Made by a program: the position numbers and the translations under genes. Shown piece after piece: positions 54,752 to 63,489 of a DNA stretch of 64,000 nucleotides. The DNA is taken from positions 5,225 through 69,224 of the forward strand of contig NZ_JANNML010000056.1 of assembly GCF_031397825.1 (NCBI RefSeq). Reading direction: 5' to 3'. The notes beneath the pieces are model-generated. The model did not search any database. It saw only the letters and a program-made list of their open reading frames with translations, and had not been told where the DNA came from. This DNA is from Nocardioides sp. GTDB taxonomy: Bacteria > Actinomycetota > Actinomycetes > Propionibacteriales > Nocardioidaceae. How positions within the stretch are numbered: the first letter of the stretch is position 1; each line of letters starts with the position of its first letter.

Positions 54752-56478
54752 GGTGTCTCCTCGGTGGCCACCGGCGCGGCCGAGTTGCGGGGGTCCCCTG
54801 GGGGGAAGAGCGGCGATCCGTCACGGTAGCGGTAGTAGGGCGCCGACGACGGGGGCAACGGGGTGTTGCCCCCGATCAGGTCGGCGGCCTTCTCCGCCAG
54901 CATCATGGTCGGTGCGTAGATGTTGCCGTTGGTGACGTAGGGCATCGAGGAGGCGTCCACCACCCGGAGCCCGTCCACGCCGCGCACCCGCATCGAGGCT
55001 GGGTCGAGCACGCTCAGATCGTCGACGCCCATGCGGGCGGTGCAGGAGGGGTGCAGCGCCGTCTCGGCGTCCTCGGCGACCCAGTCCAGGATCTCCTGGT
55101 CGGTCTCGACCCGTGGCCCGGGCGAGATCTCGCCGTCGTTGAAGGCTGCGAACGCCGGCTGGTTCATGATCCGTCGCGCCGCCCGGATCATCTCGATCCA
55201 CTCGCGGCGGTCGTTGTCGGTCGACAGGTAGTTGAACTGCAGCGCCGGGTGCTCGAACGGGTCCCGGCTCTTCAGGGTCAGGGTGCCCCGCACGTCGGAG
55301 TACATCGGCCCGACGTGGACCTGGTAGCCGTGCGCAGCGGCCGGCCGGGACCCGTCGTACCGGATCGCGATCGGCAGGAAGTGGAACATCTGGTTGGGGT
55401 AGTCGACCTGGTCGTTGCTGCGGATGAAGCCGCCGCCCTCGAAGTGGTTGGACGCTCCGACACCGCGCCGCAGGAAGAGCCACTCGGCGCCGATACGAGG
55501 CTTGTGCCGGTGCTTGAGCCAGGGCCCGATCGAGACGGGTTGCTTCGAGGCGTACTGGATGTAGACCTCGAGATGGTCCTGGAGGTTGGCGCCGACGCCG
55601 GGAAGGTCCGCGACCACGGGGATGCCGAGCCGCTCGAGGTCGGCCTTCGGACCGATGCCGGAGAGCAGGAGCAGCTGGGGCGAGTTGATCGCACCACCAC
55701 ACAGGATGACCTCGCCGGCACGGACGCGGCGGCGGGCGCCGCGCCGGCCGATCCCGCGGACGTAGTCGACGCCGGTGACGCGGGCGCCGTCCAGGGTGAG
55801 CCCGGTGACCTGGGCGAGGGTCTCCACCGTGAGGTTGGGCCGGGAGCGGACGGGGTGCAGGTAGGCGCGGCTGGCCGAGAGCCGGCGGCCGCGGTGCAGG
55901 TTGCGGTCGAACGGCGCGAAGCCCTCCTGGCGGTAGCCGTTGACGTCGTCGGTGAGCGGGTAACCCGCCTGCTGGGCCGCCTCGAAGAACGCGCCGAACA
56001 ACGGGTTCGTCGCCGGACCGCGCTCGAGGACCAGCGGGCCGGAGCCGCCGCGCCAGTCGTCGGCACCGGCCAGGCAGTTCTCCATCCGCTTGAAGTAGGG
56101 CAGGCAGTGCGCGTAGTCCCACTCCTTCATGCCCGCGTCGGCGGCCCAGCGCTCGAAGTCGAGCGGGTTGCCGCGCTGGAAGATCATCCCGTTGATGCTG
56201 CTGGACCCGCCGAGCACCTTGCCGCGGGCGTGGTAGACCCGGCGCCCGTTCATGTGCGGCTCCGGCTCGGACTCGTACTTCCAGTCGTAGAGCCGGTTGC
56301 CGATCGGGTAGGGCAGCGCGGCCGGCATGTGGATGAACGGGTCGAGGCGCGAGTCGGAGCGGCCCGCCTCCAGGACCAGGACACTGGTGCCGGGATCGGC
56401 ACTGAGCCGGTTGGCCAGGACCGAGCCGGCCGAGCCGCCGCCGACGATGACGACGTCGAAGGAGCGCACGTCGGTCAT
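54748..56478 (-). CDS. betA: Choline dehydrogenase (GMC family)
   Basis: [33 protein letters not shown] and HPSCTARMG motifs. ATGA overlaps on both sides (betB upstream, ATPase downstream). Start at MTDVRS. Confidence 0.85.
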   Translation of the reverse strand: MTDVRSFDVVIVGGGSAGSVLANRLSADPGTSVLVLEAGRSDSRLDPFIHMPAALPYPIGNRLYDWKYESEPEPHMNGRRVYHARGKVLGGSSSINGMIFQRGNPLDFERWAADAGMKEWDYAHCLPYFKRMENCLAGADDWRGGSGPLVLERGPATNPLFGAFFEAAQQAGYPLTDDVNGYRQEGFAPFDRNLHRGRRLSASRAYLHPVRSRPNLTVETLAQVTGLTLDGARVTGVDYVRGIGRRGARRRVRAGEVILCGGAINSPQLLLLSGIGPKADLERLGIPVVADLPGVGANLQDHLEVYIQYASKQPVSIGPWLKHRHKPRIGAEWLFLRRGVGASNHFEGGGFIRSNDQVDYPNQMFHFLPIAIRYDGSRPAAAHGYQVHVGPMYSDVRGTLTLKSRDPFEHPALQFNYLSTDNDRREWIEMIRAARRIMNQPAFAAFNDGEISPGPRVETDQEILDWVAEDAETALHPSCTARMGVDDLSVLDPASMRVRGVDGLRVVDASSMPYVTNGNIYAPTMMLAEKAADLIGGNTPLPPSSAPYYRYRDGSPLFPPGDPRNSAAPVATEETP

Positions 56479-57974
56479 CGGTGCTCCCGCCCGTCGAACC
56501 AGCTCTGCACGGAGGGTCGCACGTTGTGCCAGACGTGCTTGGTCTCGCGGTACTCCTCGAGCCCGGCCGCCCCGAGCTCGCGGCCGATGCCGGACTGCTT
56601 GTAGCCGCCCCACTCCGCCTGCGCGACGTAGGGGTGGAAGTCGTTGATCCACACGGTGCCCATCCTCAGCCGGGCAGCGACCCGTTCGGCGCGACCCGCG
56701 TCGCGCGTCCAGACGGCGCCGGCCAGTCCGTAGATGCTGTCGTTGGCCAGCCGCACCGCGTCGTCCTCGACCGCGTCCTCGGTGTCCCCGGCGAAGGTCT
56801 CGACCGTCAGCACCGGGCCGAAGGACTCCTCCTGCACGACGGTCATCGACGAGGTGCAGCCGTCCAGGATCGTCGGCAGGTAGAAGTACCCCTCGTCGTA
56901 CGCCGCGCCCCGGGGCCGCTCGCCGCCCAGGCGCAGCGTCGCACCCTCGGCGATCCCGGCGGCCACGTAGGCCTCGACCTTCTCGCGGTGCGCGGCGCTG
57001 ATGAGGGCGCCGGTCTCCGCGTCGGGGTCGAAGGGGCCGCCGAGCCGGATCAGCGCCGCCCTCTCGACCAGCCGGTCCACGAAGTCGTCGTGGATCGACT
57101 CCTCGACCAGCAGCCGCGCACCGGCGGAGCACACCTGGCCCGAGTGCAGGAAGACCGCGGTGAGCGCCATGTCGAGCGCCACCTCGAGGTTGGCGTCGGC
57201 GAACACGATGTTGGGGTTCTTGCCGCCGAGCTCGAGGGCGATCTTCTTGACCGTGCCGGCCGCGGCCACCATCACCCGCTTGCCCGACGCGAGCCCGCCG
57301 GTGAACGAGACCAGGTCGACGTCCGCGTGCTCGGTCATCGGCGCGCCGACGCCGGGACCGTCGCCGAGCACCAGGTTGGCGACCCCCGCGGGCAGCCCCG
57401 CCTCGGTGAGCGCGTCCATCAGCCACAGCGCGGTCGACGGGGTCAGCTCGCTCGGCTTGAGCACGAACGTGTTGCCGGTCGCCAGGCAGGGCGCGACCTT
57501 CCAGGCGGTCTGCAGGAGGGGGTAGTTCCACGGGGTGATCAGGGCGCACACACCGACCGGCTCGTGGACGACCCTGCTGACCACGTCGGCGCGGCCGGTG
57601 TCGACGACACGACCCCCCTCGGCGCCGGCGAGCCCAGCGAAGTGACGGAAGACCGAGGTCACGTCGGCGACGTCGTACTCGCTCTCGACCAGGCGCTTGC
57701 CGGTGTCGAGCGACTCCCGCCGGGCGATCTCGGCGGTGTCGCGCTCGAGCAGGTCGGCGAGGCGGTGCAGCAGCGCTGCCCGGTCGGTCGACGAGGTCCG
57801 CGGCCACGGACCGGAGTCGAAGGCGCGACGGGCGGCAGCCACGGCCAGGTCGACGTCGGGGGCGGCGCCGTCACTGACGGTGCGCACCGCGGTGTTGTCG
57901 GCGGGACAGCGGATCTCCCGCGTGCCCCCGCCCAGCGCGTCGCGCCAGGCCCCGTCGACGTAGAGCTCAGCCAT
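56475..57974 (-). CDS. betB: Betaine aldehyde dehydrogenase
   Basis: ALDH superfamily ([28 protein letters not shown]), assigned by its position upstream of betA. Confidence 0.85.
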   Translation of the reverse strand: MAELYVDGAWRDALGGGTREIRCPADNTAVRTVSDGAAPDVDLAVAAARRAFDSGPWPRTSSTDRAALLHRLADLLERDTAEIARRESLDTGKRLVESEYDVADVTSVFRHFAGLAGAEGGRVVDTGRADVVSRVVHEPVGVCALITPWNYPLLQTAWKVAPCLATGNTFVLKPSELTPSTALWLMDALTEAGLPAGVANLVLGDGPGVGAPMTEHADVDLVSFTGGLASGKRVMVAAAGTVKKIALELGGKNPNIVFADANLEVALDMALTAVFLHSGQVCSAGARLLVEESIHDDFVDRLVERAALIRLGGPFDPDAETGALISAAHREKVEAYVAAGIAEGATLRLGGERPRGAAYDEGYFYLPTILDGCTSSMTVVQEESFGPVLTVETFAGDTEDAVEDDAVRLANDSIYGLAGAVWTRDAGRAERVAARLRMGTVWINDFHPYVAQAEWGGYKQSGIGRELGAAGLEEYRETKHVWHNVRPSVQSWFDGREHR

Positions 57975-58004
57975 GTCCTGCTGCCCCTGTCCCCGTGCGT
58001 TGAT

Positions 58005-58040
58005 GTTGCGGATGACGCAACAGGCGGCATTCTACGCAAC
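58005..58040. promoter_or_regulatory. Tripartite motif GTTGC-N7-GCAAC-N14-GCAAC, site B (upstream of betB)
   Basis: GTTGC at 58005-09, GCAAC at 58017-21 and GCAAC at 58036-40. It lies 31 nt upstream of the betB ATG. Confidence 0.65.
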
Positions 58041-58089
58041 TCTTCGGATCTCGGGAATGACAACGGGGGAACGATTCCGAGCCCCTGCG

Positions 58090-58848
58090 TCAGGTCAGGT
58101 CCCTCCAGCCGAGCCGCCGCGAGACCTCGACCGCGCAGCGCACCAGCTCGGTCCGAGCCCGGTCGACCAGCTCGGCGGTGAACCGGAAGGTCGGCCCGGA
58201 GACCGACATCGAGGCGATCACGTCACCGTGGATGTTGCGCACCGGAGCCGCCACGGCACTCAACCCGTGCTCGAGCTCGTCGACCACGACGACGTAGCCG
58301 TCGTGGCGTACGCCAGCGAGCTGAGCGACCACGTCGACAACATCGGTCATGGTCCGGGTCGTGTAGGCCGGGAGCTCTTCGGTCAGCACGGCACGAACCT
58401 CGTCGTCGCTCATCCCGGCGAGGAGCACCTTGCCGTTGGACGTGGCGTGCAGCGGGATCCGCTGACCGACCCAGTTGTGCGACTGGACGGCCGAGGCCGC
58501 CTCCACCTGGTCGACGTAGAGCGCGGCCCCCTCGGAGAGGACGGCCAGGTTGACGGTCTCCCCCGTGACTGCCGCCAACGACCTGGACAACGAGCGCGCC
58601 TCCTGCACCACGTCGAGCCGCGCCGTGGTCGCACCGGCCAGGCGCAGGACGCCGACCCCGAGGCGGTACTTGCCACGCGACTCGTGCTGCTCGACCAGGT
58701 CTCGCTCCGCGAGCGAGTCGATCAGCCGGGACACGGTGGACTTGTGGACGTCGAGCTGCCCGGCGATCTCGGTGACCCCGCGCTCGCCGTCACGTGCCAG
58801 GATCTCCAGGATCTGCAGGGCCCGGTTGACCGACTGCACCGTGCCCAT
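58090..58848 (-). CDS. IclR family transcriptional regulator
   Basis: wHTH MGTVQSVNRALQILEILARDGERGVTEIAGQLDVHKSTVSRLI plus an IclR effector domain. Start at ATG 58848, preceded by an AAGGAGG RBS. Confidence 0.9.
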   Translation of the reverse strand: MGTVQSVNRALQILEILARDGERGVTEIAGQLDVHKSTVSRLIDSLAERDLVEQHESRGKYRLGVGVLRLAGATTARLDVVQEARSLSRSLAAVTGETVNLAVLSEGAALYVDQVEAASAVQSHNWVGQRIPLHATSNGKVLLAGMSDDEVRAVLTEELPAYTTRTMTDVVDVVAQLAGVRHDGYVVVVDELEHGLSAVAAPVRNIHGDVIASMSVSGPTFRFTAELVDRARTELVRCAVEVSRRLGWRDLT

Positions 58849-58872
58849 CCGATCCTCCTTCGATCCGTCGTT

Positions 58873-58908
58873 GTTGCTCATTATGCAACTACTTGCGCAT
58901 GAAGCAAC
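58873..58908. promoter_or_regulatory. Tripartite motif GTTGC-N7-GCAAC-N14-GCAAC, site C (IclR/purU divergent region)
   Basis: GTTGC at 58873-77, GCAAC at 58885-89 and GCAAC at 58904-08. It lies 25 nt upstream of the IclR ATG. Confidence 0.65.
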
Positions 58909-58928
58909 ACGTGTCGCAGGCTTTTCCG

Positions 58929-59789
58929 ATGACACCGCGATCCGGACACGTCTACGTGCTGACGCTCGCCTGCGACAACCACCTCGGCCTGGTCCATGCG
59001 GTGTCCACCTGGCTCGTCGCGCACCGAGGCAACATCACCGACTCGCAGCAGTTCGACGACCCTGCCACGCAGCGGTTCTTCATGCGCCTCGAGTTCGAGG
59101 CGCCGGACGTCGCGCTCGAGGCGCTGAGGAACTCGTTCGTCGGCGTCGCACAGGCCCACGCGATGTCGTGGCAGCTCGTCGCGGCCACGGCGCCCTACCG
59201 GACGTTGATCCTGGTCTCCAAGTTCGGTCACTGCCTCAACGACCTGCTGTTCCGCCACAGCACCGGGGTGCTCAACATCGACATCGCAGGCGTCGTGTCC
59301 AACCACCGCGACTACGAGCGGCTCACGGCGACCTACGACGTGCCGTTCCACCACGTCCCGGTGACGGCGTCGACGAAGGCCGAGGCCGAGGCCCGGCTGC
59401 TGTCCCTGGTCGACACCGAGCAGGTCGACCTCGTGGTGCTGGCGCGCTACATGCAGGTGCTCTCCGACGAGACCTGCGCCAAGCTCGACGGCAGGATCAT
59501 CAACATCCACCACTCGTTCCTGCCGAGCTTCAAGGGCGCCAGGCCCTACCACCAGGCCCACGACCGGGGCGTCAAGCTGATCGGCGCCACCGCCCACTAC
59601 GTCACCCCGGCCCTGGACGAGGGACCGATCATCGAGCAGGACGTCGTCCGCATCGACCACCGCACCACCCCCGACGAGATGGTCCAGGCCGGTCGAGACG
59701 TCGAGGCCCGGGTCCTCGCCCAGGCCGTCCGCTGGCACACCGAGTCGCGCCTGTTCCTCGACCGGTCGCGTGTGGTCGTCTTCGACTGA
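58929..59789 (+). CDS. purU: Formyltetrahydrofolate deformylase
   Basis: ACT-like N-terminus (YVLTLACDNHLGLVHAVS) and a formyltransferase core (INIHHSFLPSFKGARPYHQAHDRGVKLIGATAHYV). Start ATG 58929 is preferred because the earlier TTG 58893 and ATG 58899 would place motif site C inside the CDS. Confidence 0.9.
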   Translation: MTPRSGHVYVLTLACDNHLGLVHAVSTWLVAHRGNITDSQQFDDPATQRFFMRLEFEAPDVALEALRNSFVGVAQAHAMSWQLVAATAPYRTLILVSKFGHCLNDLLFRHSTGVLNIDIAGVVSNHRDYERLTATYDVPFHHVPVTASTKAEAEARLLSLVDTEQVDLVVLARYMQVLSDETCAKLDGRIINIHHSFLPSFKGARPYHQAHDRGVKLIGATAHYVTPALDEGPIIEQDVVRIDHRTTPDEMVQAGRDVEARVLAQAVRWHTESRLFLDRSRVVVFD

Positions 59790-60941
59790 TCAGCCGGCGT
59801 CCGGGGCGGTCCGGGCGGTGACCCAGGCGTGGAAGTCGCCGATGTGGTGCTCGCTGGGGACCAGCACACCTCCGTCGCGGTAGAGACGCGACGACATCGC
59901 CGGCTGGGTCCGCTCGCAGGCCTCGAAGTCCTGCTGGTTGACCCGGTGGAAGAGCTCGACGGAGGCCGTCACGTCGCGGCCGGAGGCGACGACGTCGGCG
60001 GTGTAGAGCCAGTCGCACTCGACGATCGTGAGCTGCTCCGAGATGGGGTACATCCGGTGCCAGATCACGTGGTCGGGAACGAGGTTCACGAAGACCTGCG
60101 GCTTGATCGTGATCGCGTAGTACTTGCGGTCGCGATCCTCGTCGAGGCCGGGGAGCACCCCCACGCCCTCGGAGCCGTCGATGGTGAAGCCCCGGACGTC
60201 CTCGCCGAACTCCGCCCCGTGGTCGACGAAGTACTGCGCTGCCAGGCCGTCGGCGAACTCCGGCAGCACCTCGGTGAGCTCGGGGTGGATGGTCGCGCAG
60301 TGGTAGCACTCCATGAAGTTCTCGACGATGAGCTTCCAGTTGGCCTTGACCTCGTAGGTGATCCGCCGACCGACGCTCAGCGAGGCGATGTCGTAGGACG
60401 CGATCTTGTCGACGGTCCCGAGGCGGGCCACCACCTCCGCCTCGACGGTGCCCTCGAAGCTGGGTGGGTCGTCGGCCAGGGACACCCACACGTAGCCCAT
60501 CCAGGAGCGCACGTGCACGCTGCGCAGGCCGTAGTCGACGCGATCGATGTCGGGCATCTTCGTGAGGTTGGGCGCGGCCACCAACCGGCCGTCGAAGTCG
60601 TAGGTCCAGGCGTGGTAAGGACACTGGAAGGAGCGCGCCTTCTCACCGGACTCCTCGAGACAGATCCGCGCACCCCGGTGCCGGCAGATGTTGTAGAAGG
60701 CGCGCAGCTCACCACGGCGCGAGCGGGTGAGCAGGATCGACTCGCGGCCGACCTGGACCGTCCGGAACGCACCCGGCTTGGGCAGGTCGCTCGCGTGCGC
60801 GGCGCAGAACCACATGTCCTCGAAGATCCGCTCGCACTCGCGGGCGAAGACCGCAGGGTCGACGTAGGCCGCCCCGGGCAGCGTCGGGATCAGGCTGGAC
60901 TCCCCAGCCGGGGAGGTGGTGGCGTCGGACGTGGTGGTCAC
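59790..60941 (-). CDS. Rieske non-heme iron oxygenase alpha subunit, choline-monooxygenase/GbcA-like class
   Basis: Rieske motif CRHRG-x17-CPYHAW and catalytic motif NWKLIVENFMECYHCATIHPE. GTG start at 60941 with an AGGAG RBS. Its stop is back to back with the purU stop (TGATCA). Confidence 0.85.
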   Translation of the reverse strand: MTTTSDATTSPAGESSLIPTLPGAAYVDPAVFARECERIFEDMWFCAAHASDLPKPGAFRTVQVGRESILLTRSRRGELRAFYNICRHRGARICLEESGEKARSFQCPYHAWTYDFDGRLVAAPNLTKMPDIDRVDYGLRSVHVRSWMGYVWVSLADDPPSFEGTVEAEVVARLGTVDKIASYDIASLSVGRRITYEVKANWKLIVENFMECYHCATIHPELTEVLPEFADGLAAQYFVDHGAEFGEDVRGFTIDGSEGVGVLPGLDEDRDRKYYAITIKPQVFVNLVPDHVIWHRMYPISEQLTIVECDWLYTADVVASGRDVTASVELFHRVNQQDFEACERTQPAMSSRLYRDGGVLVPSEHHIGDFHAWVTARTAPDAG

Positions 60942-60960
60942 GGGGTCTCCTGGGTGGTCG

Positions 60961-62154
60961 TCATAGGGCAACGGGAAGGGCCGCGAGCGAGCGCCGCAGG
61001 CGACCGAAGAGCCGGGGCTGGTCCATGCCGAGCACGGCGGTGGGCTCGCCGCCGCGGCGGTAGACCACGAGCACGTCGCAGGTCTCCGGGCTGCCCGCCT
61101 CGACCGTGAGGGTCTCGTCACCGAAGCGACGACCGGCGAACTGGATGCGGACGCCGTACTGCTCGCTCCAGAAGTACGGCGCCGGCAGCGGCGGCGCCGG
61201 GCCTGCGCCGCCGAGCAGCGCCTCCACCGTCCGGCGGGGCCGCTCGTGGGAGTCGGTCCAGTGCTCGACCCGGTGCCGGGTGCCGCGCACGGCGTCGTGC
61301 CAGGCGGAGCAGTCGCCGACGCCGTAGACACCGGGAGCGCCGGTGGAGCCCTCGGCGTCGCAGCCGAGCCCACCCGTGGGGCCCGGGGCGAGGTCGAGCC
61401 CCGAGCCGGCCAACCAGTCGACAGCGGCGACCGAGCCGATCCCGAGCACCACGACGTCGGCCGGCAGGTGCCGCCCGTCGGCCAGCTCGACCCCGTCGAC
61501 CCTCGTGCGGCCGGTGAGCCTCCTGACCGGGGTGCCGCACAGGAGCGGGACGCCGTGGGCATCGTGCAGGCGCGCGACCATCGCGCCGACCTCGGGTCCC
61601 AGCGGTCCCGACAGCGGGCTCGCGGACGCCTCCACGAGGGTGACCCCGAGCCCCACAGCGCGGGCGGTGGCCGCGATCTCCGCACCCACGAAGCCGGCAC
61701 CCACCAGCACGAGACGCGCGCCGGGCAGCAGCTCCGTGCGCAGCGCGACCGCGTCGTCGAGCGTGCGCAGCGTGTGGACGCCGCGCAGCCCACCGCCCAG
61801 GGCGGGCGACAGGCCCCGCGCCCGGGAGCCCGTGGCGACCACGACGGCATCACCGGTGAGCATCTGACCGTCGGCCAGCGTCACGGTCCGGGTGCCGGGA
61901 TCCAGCGCGACGGCGCGGACGCCGAGCCGCCAGTCGAGGCCGAGGTCGGTCTCGTGGTCCTCCAGCGAGAGGTCCTCGACGCTGGTGGTGCCGACGAGGA
62001 ATCCCTTGGACAGCGGCGGCCGGTCGTAGGGGCGGTGCGGCTCATCTCCGACCATCACGACGTCCCCGTCGAAGCCGGCGCCGCGCAGCGCCCTGGCGGT
62101 CGCGTGACCGGCCAACGAGGCGCCCACCACGAGGATGCTGCGGGGGTCGGCCAT
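60961..62154 (-). CDS. FAD/NAD(P)H-dependent ferredoxin reductase (glutathione-reductase fold)
   Basis: ILVVGASLAGHATA (FAD), LVLVGAGFVGAEIA (NAD) and GVGDCSAW motifs. Start at MADPRS, sharing one base with the ferredoxin stop (TGATG). Confidence 0.85.
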   Translation of the reverse strand: MADPRSILVVGASLAGHATARALRGAGFDGDVVMVGDEPHRPYDRPPLSKGFLVGTTSVEDLSLEDHETDLGLDWRLGVRAVALDPGTRTVTLADGQMLTGDAVVVATGSRARGLSPALGGGLRGVHTLRTLDDAVALRTELLPGARLVLVGAGFVGAEIAATARAVGLGVTLVEASASPLSGPLGPEVGAMVARLHDAHGVPLLCGTPVRRLTGRTRVDGVELADGRHLPADVVVLGIGSVAAVDWLAGSGLDLAPGPTGGLGCDAEGSTGAPGVYGVGDCSAWHDAVRGTRHRVEHWTDSHERPRRTVEALLGGAGPAPPLPAPYFWSEQYGVRIQFAGRRFGDETLTVEAGSPETCDVLVVYRRGGEPTAVLGMDQPRLFGRLRRSLAALPVAL

Positions 62155-62504
62155 CACCGCGCCTCGAACGTCACACCCGGTGGGAGGTGCGGCACCTCGT
62201 CGGACAGCTCGACCCAGATCCCGTCGTCGCGCACCGTCGCGGCGTGCACCCGCACCGGCCGCTTGGCCGGCGGCTGGTCGACCCGACCCGTGCGGAGGTC
62301 GAACCGTGAGGCGTGCAGCGGGCACTCGACCCAGCAGTCCTCGAGCCAGCCGTCGGCGAGCGAGGCGTCCTGGTGGGTGCAGGTGTCGTCGATGGCGTAG
62401 ACGTCGTCGTCCTCGGTCCGGAACACCGCGATCGGGGGTGTCACCGTCGTGATCCGCACCCCCTCGCCCACCGGGACGTCGGCGAGGGCACACACGAGCT
62501 GCAT
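62154..62504 (-). CDS. Rieske-type [2Fe-2S] ferredoxin
   Basis: 116 aa; CTHQDASL...CPLHASRFDLRTG. Start at MQLVCAL. Confidence 0.85.
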   Translation of the reverse strand: MQLVCALADVPVGEGVRITTVTPPIAVFRTEDDDVYAIDDTCTHQDASLADGWLEDCWVECPLHASRFDLRTGRVDQPPAKRPVRVHAATVRDDGIWVELSDEVPHLPPGVTFEAR

Positions 62505-62675
62505 GAGGACTCCAGGGTGCTGGCGGTGAGGGTCCGAGCCTGTGGCCAAGGGGCCGGACCTGTCAACACATGATGCACCACGACAGGGACTCGAGTTCGA
62601 CAATTCACGTGGTGGAGAAAGCGTCGGTCAAACCCGCTCCCACCTGGGCAGACGTCTGTCTGAGCGATCAGGAAG

Positions 62676-62694
62676 AGTTCCATATTGTGGAACT
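62676..62694. promoter_or_regulatory. Palindrome AGTTCCA-N5-TGGAACT (plus an adjacent TGGTTC half-site), candidate operator
   Basis: Read directly in the AT-richer divergent region between the Rieske operon and the second IclR gene. Confidence 0.5.
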
Positions 62695-62742
62695 GTGGTT
62701 CTATGATGTGACTGCCTGTCCCTCTCGGCCCAGGAGGTCACC

Positions 62743-63489
62743 ATCGCCGGCACCCAGTCCGTCGACCGCACGACCGCGCTGGTGGCGCTCGTGGTGCGCG
62801 CGGAGCAGCCCCTGACCTACTCCGACCTGGTCGCTGCCACCGGGCTCCCCCGCTCCACCGTCTCGCGGCTGCTCGGTGCCCTCGAGGTGGGAGGCCTGCT
62901 CGAGCGGGACGGCGACGGGGCCTACCGGGGCGGTCGCCTGTTCGCCGACTACGCCGCACGCTTCGACCGCGTCGAGGCACTGGTCCGGGTCGCGCACACC
63001 CACCTGGAGGACCTCGCGTCCGAGACCGGGGAGACCGTCAACCTGGCGGTGGCCAGGGGCTCGCACGTGGTCCACGTGGACCAGGTCGATGCCCGGTTCG
63101 TCATCGGCTCTGTCAGCTGGGTGGACCTGGAGGTGCCCAACCACTGCTCGGCGCTCGGCAAGGTGATGCTTGCGTGGGGCGTCGTACGCCCTCCGACCGG
63201 CCGGCTGGAGCGGCGCACGCCCTTCACCGTGGCGACCCACGCCGCGCTGCAGGAGGACCTCGCGGAGACCCTCGAGCGCGGCTACGCCCTCACGCGCGGC
63301 GAGCTCGAGGAGGGCCTGGACGGCATCGCCGTGCCCGTCCGAGGCACCGACGGCAGCGTCGTCGCGGCACTCGGGGTCTCCGGACCGACCTTCCGGATCG
63401 GAGACCGGCGCCCGGCGATCGCCGAGAGCCTGCGGACGCACGCGGCAGCCGTCACCGCTGACCTGGCGCGGCGTGCCCGCCGGGCCTGA
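62743..63489 (+). CDS. IclR family transcriptional regulator (second copy)
   Basis: wHTH ...GTQSVDRTTALVALVVRAEQPLTYSDLVAATGLPRSTVSRLL aligns with the first IclR protein. The frame is open from 62707. The only start signal upstream of the HTH is AGGAGG-N5-ATC at 62743. GTG 62782, the ORF-track start, would truncate helix 1. Confidence 0.8.
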   Translation: MAGTQSVDRTTALVALVVRAEQPLTYSDLVAATGLPRSTVSRLLGALEVGGLLERDGDGAYRGGRLFADYAARFDRVEALVRVAHTHLEDLASETGETVNLAVARGSHVVHVDQVDARFVIGSVSWVDLEVPNHCSALGKVMLAWGVVRPPTGRLERRTPFTVATHAALQEDLAETLERGYALTRGELEEGLDGIAVPVRGTDGSVVAALGVSGPTFRIGDRRPAIAESLRTHAAAVTADLARRARRA

